A stretch of 64,000 nucleotides of DNA from Escherichia coli (GCF_017348835.2 NZ_CP071375.1), one strand, 5' to 3'. Positions 28,668-41,603 are shown, counted from the stretch's first letter. Numbers and translations: made by a program. Notes: a model not told the origin generated them from the sequence alone.

Positions 28668-29420
28668 TTATTGCAGCAGAAACTTCTCGAGGAACTGGCG
28701 GGTGCGAGGCTGCTGGGGATCGGCAAATAACGCTTTTGCGGCCCCCTGCTCGACTATCCGCCCCTGGTCCATAAAGATCGCCCGGTCCGCAACATCCCGG
28801 GCAAAGCTCATTTCGTGCGTCACAATCACCATCGTGCGCTTTTCCTGCGCCAGCTGACGGATGGTGTTCAGGACTTCGCCCACCAACTCTGGATCCAGCG
28901 CTGACGTTGGCTCGTCAAACAAAATCACCTCAGGACGCATTGCCAGCGCACGCGCAATCGCAACACGCTGCTGTTGACCGCCAGACAAACGACGTGGATA
29001 GCTGGTTTCTTTACCGGCCAGCCCAACTTTTGCCAGTAGCTCGCGAGCGCGCGCCGTAGCCTCTTCTTTTGGTTCGCCTTTGACGATCACCGGCCCTTCA
29101 ATAATGTTCTCCAGCACCGTACGATGCGGAAACAAATTAAAGTTCTGGAAGACAAACCCGACGTGCTGACGCAACTGGCGAATCAGCGATTTTTGCTGAC
29201 TTAATGAACGTGCAGTATCAATAGTGATATCGCCAACGGTGATCGTTCCCGCTTCGGGTTGTTCCAGCAGATTTATGCTGCGTAGCAACGTGGTTTTGCC
29301 GGAACCACTCGGACCGATAATTGCCACCACTTCGCCAGGCTTTACCTCAAGGTCGATACCGTGCAGCACCGTCTGACCGTGGAATTTTTTCACCAGGTTC
29401 TTAACTTCAATGGCACTCAT
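28668..29420 (-). CDS. tcyN: L-cystine ABC transporter ATP-binding protein TcyN (YecC)
   Basis: 250-aa ORF with Walker A GPSGSGKTT and LSGGQQQR signature. Confidence 0.94.
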   Translation of the reverse strand: MSAIEVKNLVKKFHGQTVLHGIDLEVKPGEVVAIIGPSGSGKTTLLRSINLLEQPEAGTITVGDITIDTARSLSQQKSLIRQLRQHVGFVFQNFNLFPHRTVLENIIEGPVIVKGEPKEEATARARELLAKVGLAGKETSYPRRLSGGQQQRVAIARALAMRPEVILFDEPTSALDPELVGEVLNTIRQLAQEKRTMVIVTHEMSFARDVADRAIFMDQGRIVEQGAAKALFADPQQPRTRQFLEKFLLQ

Positions 29421-30085
29421 TTTGGTTCTCTCTCCTGGCGATTAAGTTGATTCTCAAAATGGTTCTGCAACGTCGATAATACTGTCGCCATGATCCAGTA
29501 GATGAGCGAAGCCGCCAGGTACATGGTGAACACCTCCAGCGTGCGCGAGGTAATCAACTGCGCCTGACGGAACAGCTCCGGCACCTGGATTGTCGCGGCC
29601 AGCGACGTATCTTTTACCAGACTGATAAAGCTGTTCGACAGCGGCGGCAACGCCACCCGCGCCGCCTGTGGCAAAATCGCGCGACGCATGGTCTGCCACG
29701 GCGTCATACCAATACTGGCTGCCGCTTCCCACTGACCTTTATCAATAGAAGAAATGGCGGCGCGCAGCGTTTCGGCAGCATAGGCGGCAGTGTTCAACGA
29801 CAGACCAATCATTGCTGACGGAATGGGATCTAATTCGATACCAAACTGCGGCAGGCCGTAATAGATCATAAACAGTTGTGCGATGAGCGGCGTACCACGA
29901 AAAATAGAGATATAAAAACGCGCCAGCCAGCGCACGGGCCAGATTGGCGACAGGCGCATCAGCGCGAGAATAAACCCGAGCAGTAAGCCAAAAAACATGC
30001 CGCCGATACTGAGTTGCAGCGTATACCCAGCCCCTTTCAGCAGGAACGGCAAGGAATCAATAACCAGTTGTATACTTTCTTGCAT
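29417..30085 (-). CDS. tcyL: L-cystine ABC transporter permease TcyL (YecS)
   Basis: 222-aa ORF matching YecS; 4-nt overlap with tcyN. Confidence 0.94.
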   Translation of the reverse strand: MQESIQLVIDSLPFLLKGAGYTLQLSIGGMFFGLLLGFILALMRLSPIWPVRWLARFYISIFRGTPLIAQLFMIYYGLPQFGIELDPIPSAMIGLSLNTAAYAAETLRAAISSIDKGQWEAAASIGMTPWQTMRRAILPQAARVALPPLSNSFISLVKDTSLAATIQVPELFRQAQLITSRTLEVFTMYLAASLIYWIMATVLSTLQNHFENQLNRQEREPK

Positions 30086-30099
30086 GAGCGTTCCCGGAG

Positions 30100-31991
<1,892 letters not shown>

Positions 31992-32078
31992 ATTCACCCC
32001 GAATGTTGTTATGTCTGTTTGCAGTGTAGAGCCATTGTTTGTAAACACAAAAACAACTCCGCTACATCTTATTCTTAT

Positions 32079-32630
32079 TTAATATATATCAGAAGAAGGC
32101 AGGCTGGAGGATTTCTGCACAAGTCCGGTACAGGTTTGGCGCTGATAGTGTTGATACTTCCGTAACGCGATGCGGTAATTGTTGGTGCTGGTGGTGGGCA
32201 GCCACGGGGCGAGGATTTCATCAAGGAAACCGTCCTGCAGCTGATCGAGGGAAATATTTTGCTCGTGTAGATGATTCCCCAAACGGCGCAAACGAACGAC
32301 ATATTCACGCACCGTACCTGGGCTCATTTCAGTTTGCTCAAAAAGAAATTGCTTAAAGCCGATAATATCGAAAAAATCACTCTGCGTTTTGCAATGTAAA
32401 TCACCGCAAAATCGGCACAATGCCGCCCATGATTTTTGTTCCGTTTGCCAGCCATTTTCATCAAGCAGCGTGTCCAGGCGGGAAATCTCGATTTTATTCA
32501 CTATTTTGCCGTCGCGAACTAAGGTAATGCGATCGAGTAATTTACGGCAATGCGCGCAATGGGTCTGGCTGTGTTTAAAGTCTTTAAGATAGCGGCTTAA
32601 TGGCCGTCTTTTCAGGTGCTGCACCATCAT
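32079..32630 (-). CDS. fliZ: Regulator FliZ
   Basis: ORF track 32079..32666 is extended; known start MMVQHLKRRPLSRYLKDF (183 aa). Confidence 0.93.
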   Translation of the reverse strand: MMVQHLKRRPLSRYLKDFKHSQTHCAHCRKLLDRITLVRDGKIVNKIEISRLDTLLDENGWQTEQKSWAALCRFCGDLHCKTQSDFFDIIGFKQFLFEQTEMSPGTVREYVVRLRRLGNHLHEQNISLDQLQDGFLDEILAPWLPTTSTNNYRIALRKYQHYQRQTCTGLVQKSSSLPSSDIY

Positions 32631-32675
32631 TAAGAACTCCTGGTAGTCAAAGTTAAAGTGCGGCATTTACTGACG

Positions 32676-33395
32676 TTATAACTTACCCAGTTTAGTGCGT
32701 AACCGTTTAATGGCCTGGCTGTGTAACTGACTGACCCGCGATTCCCCGACCTCCAGCACCGCGCCAATCTCTTTGAGATTCAGCTCTTCCTGGTAATAGA
32801 GGGTTAACACCAGTTTTTCGCGCTCCGGCAGCGTTTCGATGGCTTCCATCACCCGCTGGCGCAGATTACTGTCCAGCAGTTGTTGTAGCGGGTTTTCTCG
32901 CTGATGATCATCAGTAACCAGTTCGATGCTATCGCCGTGCTCTTCGCGCCACTCATCGTAGGAGAAGAGCTGGCTGTTATTGGTGTCGAGCAACATTTGG
33001 CGATAATCGGCAATATCGATCCCTAAACGTTCCGCTACCTCAGTTTCCGTGGCGTTGCGGCCAAGTTCCTGCTCCAGTTGCCCTATTGCCTGTGCCACTT
33101 CACGCGCGTTGCGACGCACGCTGCGCGGCACCCAGTCACGGCTGCGAAGTTCATCCAGCATAGCGCCACGGATACGCTGCACTGCGTAAGTTGTAAATGC
33201 CGTTCCTTGTAGGGCGTCATAGCGTTCGACGGCATTAAGTAACCCAATGCCGCCCGCCTGTAGCAGATCGTCAAGTTCCACGCTCGCGGGCAGTCGAACC
33301 TGCAGGCGCAATGCTTCGTGACGCACCAGCGGGACATAACGCTGCCACAGCGAGTGTTTATCCATTACACCTTCAGCGGTATAGAGTGAATTCAC
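32676..33395 (-). CDS. fliA: Flagellar sigma factor FliA (sigma-28)
   Basis: 239-aa ORF matching FliA. Confidence 0.96.
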   Translation of the reverse strand: MNSLYTAEGVMDKHSLWQRYVPLVRHEALRLQVRLPASVELDDLLQAGGIGLLNAVERYDALQGTAFTTYAVQRIRGAMLDELRSRDWVPRSVRRNAREVAQAIGQLEQELGRNATETEVAERLGIDIADYRQMLLDTNNSQLFSYDEWREEHGDSIELVTDDHQRENPLQQLLDSNLRQRVMEAIETLPEREKLVLTLYYQEELNLKEIGAVLEVGESRVSQLHSQAIKRLRTKLGKL

Positions 33396-33514
33396 GATAA
33401 ACAGCCCTGCGTTATATGAGTTATCGGCATGATTATCCGTTTCTGCAGGGTTTTTAATCGGACGATTAGTGGGTGAAATGAGGGGTTATTTGGGGGTTAC
33501 CGGTAAATTGCGGA

Positions 33515-33540
33515 GAGAAAAAACCCCGCCTGTGGCGGGG
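33515..33540 (-). terminator. Rho-independent terminator downstream of fliC
   Basis: ccccgcc-tgt-ggcgggg hairpin followed on the minus strand by a T-run. Confidence 0.8.
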
Positions 33541-33571
33541 AAGCACGTTGCTGACAAATTGCGCTTTATGT

Positions 33572-33606
<35 letters not shown>

Positions 33607-33640
33607 AAAAATGTGCAAATTCAATAAATTGCAATTCACC

Positions 33641-33670
33641 TTGTAGGCCTGATAAGCGCAGCGCATCAGG
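33641..33670. repeat. REP element, inverted relative to 33572..33606 (together a BIME)
   Basis: tgtaggcctgataagcgcagcgcatcaggc is a REP unit in opposite orientation. Confidence 0.8.
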
Positions 33671-33714
33671 CAATTTGGCGTTGCCGTCAGTCTCAGTTAA
33701 TCAGGTTAGGACGA

Positions 33715-35727
33715 TTAACCCTGCAGCAGAGACAGAACCTGCTGCGGTACCTGGTTGGCTTTTGCCAACACGGAGTTACCGGCCTGCTGGATGATCTGCG
33801 CTTTCGACATATTGGACACTTCGGTCGCATAGTCGGCGTCCTGAATACGGGACTGCGCTTCAGACAGGTTGGTAGTGGTGTTGTTCAGGTTGGTAACCGC
33901 GGAATCCAGACGGTTCTGCACCGCACCGAGGGAGGAGCGGAATTTGTCGATGGAGCTGATCGCTTCGTCCAGAGCTTTCAGGGGATCGGCGGTGGAACTG
34001 GATGCAGTAGTAGCTTCTGTTGTTAACTTACCATCAGCTGTTTCATAGATGGTACCACCGGTGCTGTTGGTAATAGCCCCATTTTTTTGTTCAAAGTAGG
34101 TTACATCTTTTGTAGCATTGGCTGAAAGTGCACCATCTTCGACATAAACATCAGCATTTGCAGCAGCTTTCACATCTCCATTGGAAACTGTGTAAGTTAC
34201 TGTACCTGTACCGCCCATATCAATGGTAAAATTGCTTTTTGTCAGATTTGCCATACCTTCGGCACTGACATGTGCGTTGGTGACATTGACAGTGTCTACT
34301 TTTGCTAAACTGGTGAACTGAGCGCCACTTCCTGTTGTGCTATAAACAGTGTTCTGGCCGGTACCTGAAGTTACGGTTAAGGTAGCATCCTTACTGTTAG
34401 CAATTAAATTATCTAACGAAGCAGCTGTATTTCCTCCAGCCGTTGTAGTGAATCCACCAGTAGTCGCATCAAGATAAAGTGCACTACCATCAGCCGCTGT
34501 TATGTTTCCATTACTTGCTACCAAAATGTCTGTAGCAGCGCCTCCCTCAATACTTACCTTAGCCGCAAATGCACCACCTGCAAGAATCTGAGAATTTGTT
34601 GAGGTCTGAATTCCTGCTCCTGCGGACTGAACAGACATTCCGGAAGCTGTACCAGAAGTAATTGTAATTGTAGTTGCAACCCCAACTGGAACCGCACCGG
34701 TAGAATCGCTGTTGGAAATTAAACCATCCCACGTCGCTGCGGTATCGTTACCTGCATTCGTTTTTGTCAAGTTTCCCTGTTTATCTAAATACAGCGTCGC
34801 ATTATCATCTGCCGCAGTAATTTTTCCATCCTGGGAAATATTAACTTTCTGCTCTTTACCACCAATAGTCACTGTCGCCTGCGACGAATCACCGGTGTTT
34901 GGATTAATGATGCTTAACGTCTTCGCTGAATCGGCACCATCTGCAGCAAAACTATAAGATTTACTTGCTGCATCATAGGTGTAACCATTCTTTGCAGCCA
35001 CGCCAAAAGCGTTTGCCCCTCCCCCAGTGATCACTGATCCATCGGTGATATTAGCTAACAGATCGGATGCTTTGGCTTTGTCATTACTAATTGTGTTTGT
35101 ATACGCGGTCACGCCATTGGTATCTGTGGTGCCCTTAGTGAAACCAGCCAGTTTTAAATCGTCGCTTGTCGCAGCTGTATTCGCTACAGAACCTTTACCG
35201 TTAACGTTAAAACCAGCCAGATTCAGCGTATCAGAGTCAATTTTCTTCAGATCAATAGTAATCGTTTCGCCATCGTTCGCGCCGACCTGAATTTTCATCG
35301 AGCCATCTTTTGACAGTACGTTCACGCCGTTGAACTGGGTTTGGCCGGATACGCGGTCAATTTCATCAAGACGGGATTTGATTTCGTCCTGAATGGAGTC
35401 CAGGTCAGAGGTGGAGTTAGTTCCGGTCGTCGCCTGAACCGTCAGTTCACGAATACGCTGTAAGTTGTTGTTGATTTCGGACAGCGCGCCTTCGGTGGTC
35501 TGTGCAACAGAAATACCGTCGTTGGCGTTACGTGCAGCCTGAGTCAGGCCTTTAATGTTAGAAGTAAAACGGTTAGCAATCGCCTGACCTGCGGCGTCAT
35601 CCTTCGCGCTGTTAATACGCAAGCCAGAAGACAGACGCTCGATAGAACTCGACAGCGCAGACTGGTTCTTGTTGATATTATTTTGAGTGATCAGCGAGAG
35701 GCTGTTGGTATTAATGACTTGTGCCAT
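33715..35727 (-). CDS. fliC: Flagellin FliC, 669/670-aa variant with a long central variable domain (non-K-12 H type)
   Basis: Conserved flagellin N-terminus (MAQVINTNSLSLITQNNINKNQSALSSSIERLSSGLRINSAKDDAAGQAIANRF...) and C-terminus (...LAKANQVPQQVLSLLQG) flank a roughly 400-aa Thr/Ser/Gly/Ala-rich middle region. Confidence 0.95.
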   Translation of the reverse strand: MAQVINTNSLSLITQNNINKNQSALSSSIERLSSGLRINSAKDDAAGQAIANRFTSNIKGLTQAARNANDGISVAQTTEGALSEINNNLQRIRELTVQATTGTNSTSDLDSIQDEIKSRLDEIDRVSGQTQFNGVNVLSKDGSMKIQVGANDGETITIDLKKIDSDTLNLAGFNVNGKGSVANTAATSDDLKLAGFTKGTTDTNGVTAYTNTISNDKAKASDLLANITDGSVITGGGANAFGVAAKNGYTYDAASKSYSFAADGADSAKTLSIINPNTGDSSQATVTIGGKEQKVNISQDGKITAADDNATLYLDKQGNLTKTNAGNDTAATWDGLISNSDSTGAVPVGVATTITITSGTASGMSVQSAGAGIQTSTNSQILAGGAFAAKVSIEGGAATDILVASNGNITAADGSALYLDATTGGFTTTAGGNTAASLDNLIANSKDATLTVTSGTGQNTVYSTTGSGAQFTSLAKVDTVNVTNAHVSAEGMANLTKSNFTIDMGGTGTVTYTVSNGDVKAAANADVYVEDGALSANATKDVTYFEQKNGAITNSTGGTIYETADGKLTTEATTASSSTADPLKALDEAISSIDKFRSSLGAVQNRLDSAVTNLNNTTTNLSEAQSRIQDADYATEVSNMSKAQIIQQAGNSVLAKANQVPQQVLSLLQG

Positions 35728-35803
35728 GATTCGTTATCCTATATTGCAAGTCGTTGATTACGTATTGGGTTTCCACCCGTCGGCTCAATCGCCGTCAACC
35801 CTG

Positions 35804-35830
35804 TTATCGTCTGTCGTAAAACAACCTTTA
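35804..35830 (-). promoter_or_regulatory. FliA (sigma-28) promoter of fliC
   Basis: Minus strand reads TAAAGGTT-N11-GACGATAA. Confidence 0.85.
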
Positions 35831-35922
35831 GAATTTTTTTCACAAACAGCCATTTTTTGTTAGTCGCCGAAATACTCTTTTCTCTGCCCCTTATTCCCGC
35901 TATTAAAAAAAACAATTAAACG

Positions 35923-35949
35923 TAAACTTTGCGCAATTCAGGCCGATAA
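35923..35949 (+). promoter_or_regulatory. FliA (sigma-28) promoter of fliDST
   Basis: Plus strand reads TAAACTTT-N11-GCCGATAA, about 45 bp upstream of the fliD start. Confidence 0.85.
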
Positions 35950-35992
35950 CCCCGGTATTCGTTTTACGTGTCGAAAGATAAAAGGAAATCGC

Positions 35993-37399
35993 ATGGCAAG
36001 TATTTCATCGCTGGGAGTCGGGTCAGGTCTGGATTTAAGTTCAATCCTTGATAGCCTCACCGCCGCGCAAAAAGCGACGCTAACCCCTATTTCAAATCAG
36101 CAATCGTCGTTTACCGCTAAACTTAGCGCCTACGGTACGCTGAAAAGCGCGCTGACGACTTTCCAGACCGCCAATACTGCATTGTCTAAAGCCGATCTTT
36201 TTTCCGCCACCAGCACTACCAGCAGCACCACCGCGTTCAGTGCCACCACCGCGGGTAACGCCATCGCCGGGAAATACACCATCAGCGTCACCCATCTGGC
36301 GCAGGCACAAACCCTGACCACGCGCACCACCAGAGACGATACGAAAACGGCGATCGCCACCAGCGACAGCAAACTCACCATTCAACAAGGCGGCGACAAA
36401 GATCCGATTACCATTGATATCAGCGCGGCTAACTCGTCTTTAAGCGGGATCCGTGATGCCATCAACAACGCAAAAGCAGGTGTTAGCGCGAGCATCATTA
36501 ACGTGGGTAACGGTGAATATCGTCTGTCAGTCACATCAAATGACACCGGCCTTGACAATGCGATGACGCTCTCGGTTAGCGGTGATGATGCGCTACAAAG
36601 TTTTATGGGCTATGACGCCAGTGCCAGCAGCAACGGCATGGAGGTCTCGGTCGCCGCCCAGAATGCGCAGCTGACGGTCAACAACGTCGCCATTGAGAAC
36701 AGCAGCAACACCATCAGCGACGCGCTGGAAAACATCACCCTGAACCTGAACGATGTCACCACGGGCAACCAGACGCTAACCATCACTCAGGACACCTCCA
36801 AAGCGCAAACGGCGATTAAAGACTGGGTGAATGCCTATAACTCGCTAATAGATACCTTCAGCAGCCTGACCAAATACACCGCCGTAGATGCGGGAGCTGA
36901 TAGCCAGAGTTCTAGCAATGGCGCACTGCTCGGCGACTCCACGCTGCGGACGATTCAGACGCAGTTGAAGTCGATGCTGAGTAATACCGTCAGTTCTTCC
37001 AGCTATAAAACGCTGGCGCAGATTGGTATCACGACCGATCCCAGCGATGGCAAACTGGAACTGGATGCCGACAAACTCACCGCTGCACTGAAAAAAGATG
37101 CCAGCGGCGTAGGTGCATTGATTGTTGGCGATGGTAAAAAAACCGGCATCACGACCACCATCGGCAGTAACCTGACCAGTTGGCTTTCGACAACGGGCAT
37201 TATTAAAGCCGCTACCGATGGCGTTAGTAAGACCCTGAATAAATTAACTAAAGACTACAACGCCGCCAGCGATCGCATTGATGCGCAGGTCGCGCGCTAC
37301 AAAGAACAATTTACCCAACTGGACGTTTTAATGACCTCGTTAAACAGCACCAGCAGCTACTTAACGCAGCAGTTCGAAAACAACAGTAATTCCAAGTAA
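35993..37399 (+). CDS. fliD: Flagellar filament cap protein FliD
   Basis: 468-aa ORF matching FliD. Confidence 0.95.
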   Translation: MASISSLGVGSGLDLSSILDSLTAAQKATLTPISNQQSSFTAKLSAYGTLKSALTTFQTANTALSKADLFSATSTTSSTTAFSATTAGNAIAGKYTISVTHLAQAQTLTTRTTRDDTKTAIATSDSKLTIQQGGDKDPITIDISAANSSLSGIRDAINNAKAGVSASIINVGNGEYRLSVTSNDTGLDNAMTLSVSGDDALQSFMGYDASASSNGMEVSVAAQNAQLTVNNVAIENSSNTISDALENITLNLNDVTTGNQTLTITQDTSKAQTAIKDWVNAYNSLIDTFSSLTKYTAVDAGADSQSSSNGALLGDSTLRTIQTQLKSMLSNTVSSSSYKTLAQIGITTDPSDGKLELDADKLTAALKKDASGVGALIVGDGKKTGITTTIGSNLTSWLSTTGIIKAATDGVSKTLNKLTKDYNAASDRIDAQVARYKEQFTQLDVLMTSLNSTSSYLTQQFENNSNSK

Positions 37400-37423
37400 T
37401 CATTATTCATCGGGAGACAGGTC

Positions 37424-37834
37424 ATGTACGCGGCAAAAGGCACCCAGGCCTATGCACAAATTGGCGTCGAAAGCGCCGTAATGAGCGCCAGCCAGCAGCA
37501 GCTGGTCACCATGCTATTTGATGGAGTGCTGAGCGCACTGGTTAGAGCGCGCCTGTTTATGCAGGACAACAATCAGCAAGGCAAAGGCGTCTCTTTGTCA
37601 AAAGCGATCAACATCATTGAGAACGGACTGCGGGTGAGTCTTGATGAAGAGAGCAAAGACGAATTAACCCAAAACTTGATTGCTCTTTATAGCTATATGG
37701 TCAGGCGCTTGCTGCAAGCCAATTTACGCAACGATGTCTCCGCAGTCGAAGAAGTGGAAGCATTAATGCGTAATATTGCCGATGCCTGGAAAGAGTCGTT
37801 ACTCTCCCCTTCTTTGATTCAGGACCCAGTCTGA
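37424..37834 (+). CDS. fliS: Flagellin-specific export chaperone FliS
   Basis: 136-aa ORF matching FliS. Confidence 0.95.
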
Positions 37835-38199
37835 TGAACCATGCACCGCATTTATATTTCGCCTGGCAACAACTCGTCGAAAAAAGCCAGCTCATGTTAC
37901 GCCTGGCAACGGAAGAACAATGGGACGAACTCATCGCCAGCGAAATGGCGTATGTTAATGCGGTGCAGGAGATTGCACATTTGACTGAAGAGGTTGACCC
38001 GTCCACCACGATGCAGGAGCAGCTCCGCCCGATGCTGCGCCTGATTCTCGACAACGAAAGCAAGGTAAAGCAGTTATTACAGATTCGGATGGATGAACTG
38101 GCGAAACTGGTCGGTCAGTCATCGGTGCAAAAATCGGTGTTAAGTGCCTATGGCGATCAGGGCGGCTTTGTGCTGGCTCCGCAGGATAACCTCTTTTGA
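37834..38199 (+). CDS. fliT: FliD chaperone / anti-FlhDC factor FliT
   Basis: 121-aa ORF matching FliT. Confidence 0.94.
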
Positions 38200-38276
38200 A
38201 TCTGAATGAGTCGATGGCTCGCGAATAATCCGATTACGGCTACGCTTCTAATGTTCCCCTTGAATGGAGCCGAAGA

Positions 38277-39764
38277 ATGCGTAATCCCACGCTGTTACAA
38301 TGTTTTCACTGGTATTACCCGGAAGGCGGTAAGCTCTGGCCTGAATTGGCCGAGCGCGCCGACGGTTTTAATGATATTGGTATCAATATGGTCTGGTTGC
38401 CGCCCGCCTATAAAGGCGCATCGGGCGGGTATTCGGTCGGCTACGACTCCTATGATTTATTTGATTTAGGTGAGTTTGATCAGAAAGGCAGCATCCCTAC
38501 TAAATATGGCGATAAAGTACAACTGCTGGCCGCCATTGACGCCCTGAAACGTAATGACATTGCGGTGCTGTTGGACGTGGTAGTCAACCACAAAATGGGC
38601 GCGGATGAAAAAGAAGCTATTCGCGTGCAGCGTGTAAATGCTGACGACCGTACGCAAATTGATGAAGAAATCATTGAGTGCGAAGGCTGGACGCGTTACA
38701 CCTTCCCCGCCCGTGCCGGGCAATACTCACAGTTTATCTGGGATTTCAAATGTTTTAGCGGTATCGACCATATCGAAAACCCTGATGAAGATGGCATATT
38801 TAAAATTGTTAACGACTACACCGGCGAAGGCTGGAACGATCAGGTTGATGATGAATTAGGTAATTTCGATTATCTGATGGGTGAGAATATCGATTTCCGC
38901 AATCATGCCGTGACGGAAGAGATTAAATACTGGGCGCGCTGGGTGATGGAACAAACGCAATGCGACGGTTTTCGTCTTGATGCGGTCAAACATATTCCAG
39001 CCTGGTTTTATAAAGAGTGGATCGAACACGTACAGGAAGTTGCGCCAAAGCCGCTGTTTATTGTGGCGGAGTACTGGTCGCATGAAGTTGATAAGCTGCA
39101 AACGTATATTGATCAGGTGGAAGGCAAAACCATGCTGTTTGATGCGCCGCTGCAGATGAAATTCCATGAAGCATCGCGCATGGGACGCGACTACGACATG
39201 ACGCAGATTTTCACTGGGACGCTGGTGGAAGCCGATCCTTTTCACGCCGTAACCCTCGTTGCCAACCATGACACCCAACCGTTGCAAGCCCTCGAAGCGC
39301 CAGTCGAACCGTGGTTTAAACCGCTGGCGTACGCCCTAATTTTGTTGCGGGAAAATGGCGTTCCTTCGGTATTCTATCCGGACCTCTACGGTGCGCATTA
39401 CGAAGATGTCGGTGGTGACGGGCAAACCTATCCGATAGATATGCCAATAATCGAACAGCTTGATGAGTTAATTCTCGCCCGTCAGCGTTTCGCCCACGGT
39501 GTACAGACGTTATTTTTCGACCATCCGAACTGCATTGCCTTTAGCCGCAGTGGCACCGACGAATATCCCGGCTGCGTGGTGGTCATGTCGAACGGGGATG
39601 ATGGCGAAAAAACCATTCATCTGGGAGAGAATTACGGCAATAAAACCTGGCGTGATTTTCTGGGGAACCGGCAAGAGAGCGTAGTGACCGACGAAAACGG
39701 CGAAGCAACCTTCTTTTGCAACGGCGGCAGCGTCAGCGTGTGGGTTATCGAAGAGGTGATTTAA
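38277..39764 (+). CDS. amyA: Cytoplasmic alpha-amylase AmyA
   Basis: 495-aa ORF matching AmyA (glycoside hydrolase family 13 motifs). Confidence 0.95.
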   Translation: MRNPTLLQCFHWYYPEGGKLWPELAERADGFNDIGINMVWLPPAYKGASGGYSVGYDSYDLFDLGEFDQKGSIPTKYGDKVQLLAAIDALKRNDIAVLLDVVVNHKMGADEKEAIRVQRVNADDRTQIDEEIIECEGWTRYTFPARAGQYSQFIWDFKCFSGIDHIENPDEDGIFKIVNDYTGEGWNDQVDDELGNFDYLMGENIDFRNHAVTEEIKYWARWVMEQTQCDGFRLDAVKHIPAWFYKEWIEHVQEVAPKPLFIVAEYWSHEVDKLQTYIDQVEGKTMLFDAPLQMKFHEASRMGRDYDMTQIFTGTLVEADPFHAVTLVANHDTQPLQALEAPVEPWFKPLAYALILLRENGVPSVFYPDLYGAHYEDVGGDGQTYPIDMPIIEQLDELILARQRFAHGVQTLFFDHPNCIAFSRSGTDEYPGCVVVMSNGDDGEKTIHLGENYGNKTWRDFLGNRQESVVTDENGEATFFCNGGSVSVWVIEEVI

Positions 39765-39770
39765 ATTCAT

Positions 39771-39789
39771 CCCCGGCAGCAAGCCGGGG
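39771..39789. terminator. Hairpin between convergent amyA and yedD
   Basis: ccccggc-agcaa-gccgggg inverted repeat. Confidence 0.6.
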
Positions 39790-39797
39790 AGATTTCA

Positions 39798-40211
39798 TTA
39801 CGGCAGTGGCGTCGGTAACGGCGCTTTATCCAGCGCGGCGGCACACTCTGCTGTCGGGCGATCCACACGCTCCATCGTCATACCATCGTACTCAATGGTG
39901 TTACCGTCACGCTCAACCTCGTACAGCTCACGTTTTACGGTAACGTTAGTGAGATCATCAGACATCAATGTCAACTTACCCGGCACGGCAATCACCCGCT
40001 GCCACTGACGGCAATCAAGAGTATCGCCCTCTTTAGTGACAATCAGGCTGCCTATCGCTTCCGGACTGACCAGCGCACGTTGCGGCCCTTTGGTCTGCCA
40101 GTAGCCCGCCAGCCAGTCCGGCGCGGGGGTTTTCACGACATTGTTATAGTTTTCGACTTCGGCACAGCCCGCCAGCAACATGAGCGCGCCTGCAATTGCG
40201 AGTTTTTTCAT
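39798..40211 (-). CDS. yedD: Lipoprotein YedD
   Basis: ORF MMKKLAIAGALMLLAGC... with a lipobox; known YedD is 137 aa. Confidence 0.9.
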   Translation of the reverse strand: MKKLAIAGALMLLAGCAEVENYNNVVKTPAPDWLAGYWQTKGPQRALVSPEAIGSLIVTKEGDTLDCRQWQRVIAVPGKLTLMSDDLTNVTVKRELYEVERDGNTIEYDGMTMERVDRPTAECAAALDKAPLPTPLP

Positions 40212-40397
40212 CATTCGTCCTGCATGAGAAGAAAAGAGGATTGTGGCATTAAAGCCCTGATGTCGCCAGCCTTTCCAGGTTCAGAGAGAAATTTGATCTA
40301 ACTATTATTTTTGTGAATTATTACCCCGAAAATAAATTTGCTTGATGTATGATTCGCGACTCTTGTTTCAAACCTTCTGAGTTCAGAGGCTACATTC

Positions 40398-41603
40398 ATG
40401 TCATGGCAGCAATTCAAACACGCCTGGTTGATTAAATTCTGGGCACCCATCCCTGCGGTCATCGCGGCGGGTATTCTCTCCACTTACTATTTTGGCATTA
40501 CTGGCACCTTTTGGGCTGTCACGGGTGAATTTACCCGTTGGGGCGGTCAGCTCCTGCAGCTGTTTGGCGTCCATGCTGAAGAGTGGGGTTATTTTAAAAT
40601 TATCCATCTGGAAGGATCGCCATTAACCCGCATCGACGGGATGATGATCCTCGGTATGTTTGGCGGCTGCTTTGCCGCAGCGCTGTGGGCCAACAATGTC
40701 AAACTACGCATGCCGCGCAGCCGTATCCGCATTATGCAGGCCATTATTGGCGGCATTATCGCCGGTTTTGGCGCGCGTCTGGCAATGGGCTGTAACCTGG
40801 CGGCGTTCTTTACCGGCATTCCTCAGTTCTCGCTGCATGCCTGGTTCTTTGCCATCGCCACTGCCATTGGTTCATGGTTTGGCGCGCGCTTTACCCTGCT
40901 GCCCATCTTCCGTATTCCCGTGAAAATGCAGAAAGTTTCTGCCGCCTCGCCGCTGACGCAAAAACCGGATCAGGCGCGGCGTCGTTTTCGTCTCGGGATG
41001 CTGGTCTTTTTCGGCATGCTGGGCTGGGCGCTGCTCACGGCGATGAACCAACCCAAACTGGGGCTGGCAATGCTGTTTGGCGTCGGCTTTGGTTTACTGA
41101 TTGAACGTGCGCAAATCTGCTTTACTTCAGCGTTCCGCGATATGTGGATCACCGGACGTACCCATATGGCGAAAGCAATCATTATTGGTATGGCGGTGAG
41201 TGCCATCGGGATCTTCAGTTACGTACAGTTGGGCGTTGAACCCAAAATCATGTGGGCGGGACCAAACGCGGTAATTGGTGGTTTACTGTTTGGTTTTGGC
41301 ATCGTGCTGGCTGGCGGCTGCGAAACCGGCTGGATGTACCGCGCGGTAGAAGGCCAGGTGCACTACTGGTGGGTCGGTCTGGGCAATGTGATCGGCTCAA
41401 CGATTCTGGCGTATTACTGGGATGATTTCGCTCCGGCGCTGGCCACCGACTGGGACAAAATCAACCTGCTGAAAACCTTTGGTCCGATGGGTGGCCTGCT
41501 GGTGACATATTTGCTGTTGTTTGCTGCGCTGATGTTGATTATCGGCTGGGAAAAACGCTTCTTCCGCCGTGCGGCACCGCAGACTGCTAAGGAGATCGCA
41601 TGA
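40398..41603 (+). CDS. yedE: YedE/YeeE-family inner-membrane transporter (putative selenium/thiosulfate uptake)
   Basis: 401-aa polytopic membrane ORF matching YedE. Confidence 0.92.
   Translation: MSWQQFKHAWLIKFWAPIPAVIAAGILSTYYFGITGTFWAVTGEFTRWGGQLLQLFGVHAEEWGYFKIIHLEGSPLTRIDGMMILGMFGGCFAAALWANNVKLRMPRSRIRIMQAIIGGIIAGFGARLAMGCNLAAFFTGIPQFSLHAWFFAIATAIGSWFGARFTLLPIFRIPVKMQKVSAASPLTQKPDQARRRFRLGMLVFFGMLGWALLTAMNQPKLGLAMLFGVGFGLLIERAQICFTSAFRDMWITGRTHMAKAIIIGMAVSAIGIFSYVQLGVEPKIMWAGPNAVIGGLLFGFGIVLAGGCETGWMYRAVEGQVHYWWVGLGNVIGSTILAYYWDDFAPALATDWDKINLLKTFGPMGGLLVTYLLLFAALMLIIGWEKRFFRRAAPQTAKEIA

Noticed and set aside
38206-38469. 87-aa plus-strand ORF overlapping the amyA start
   Set aside because: Out of frame with amyA and overlapping it; the amyA frame matches the known protein from its first Met.
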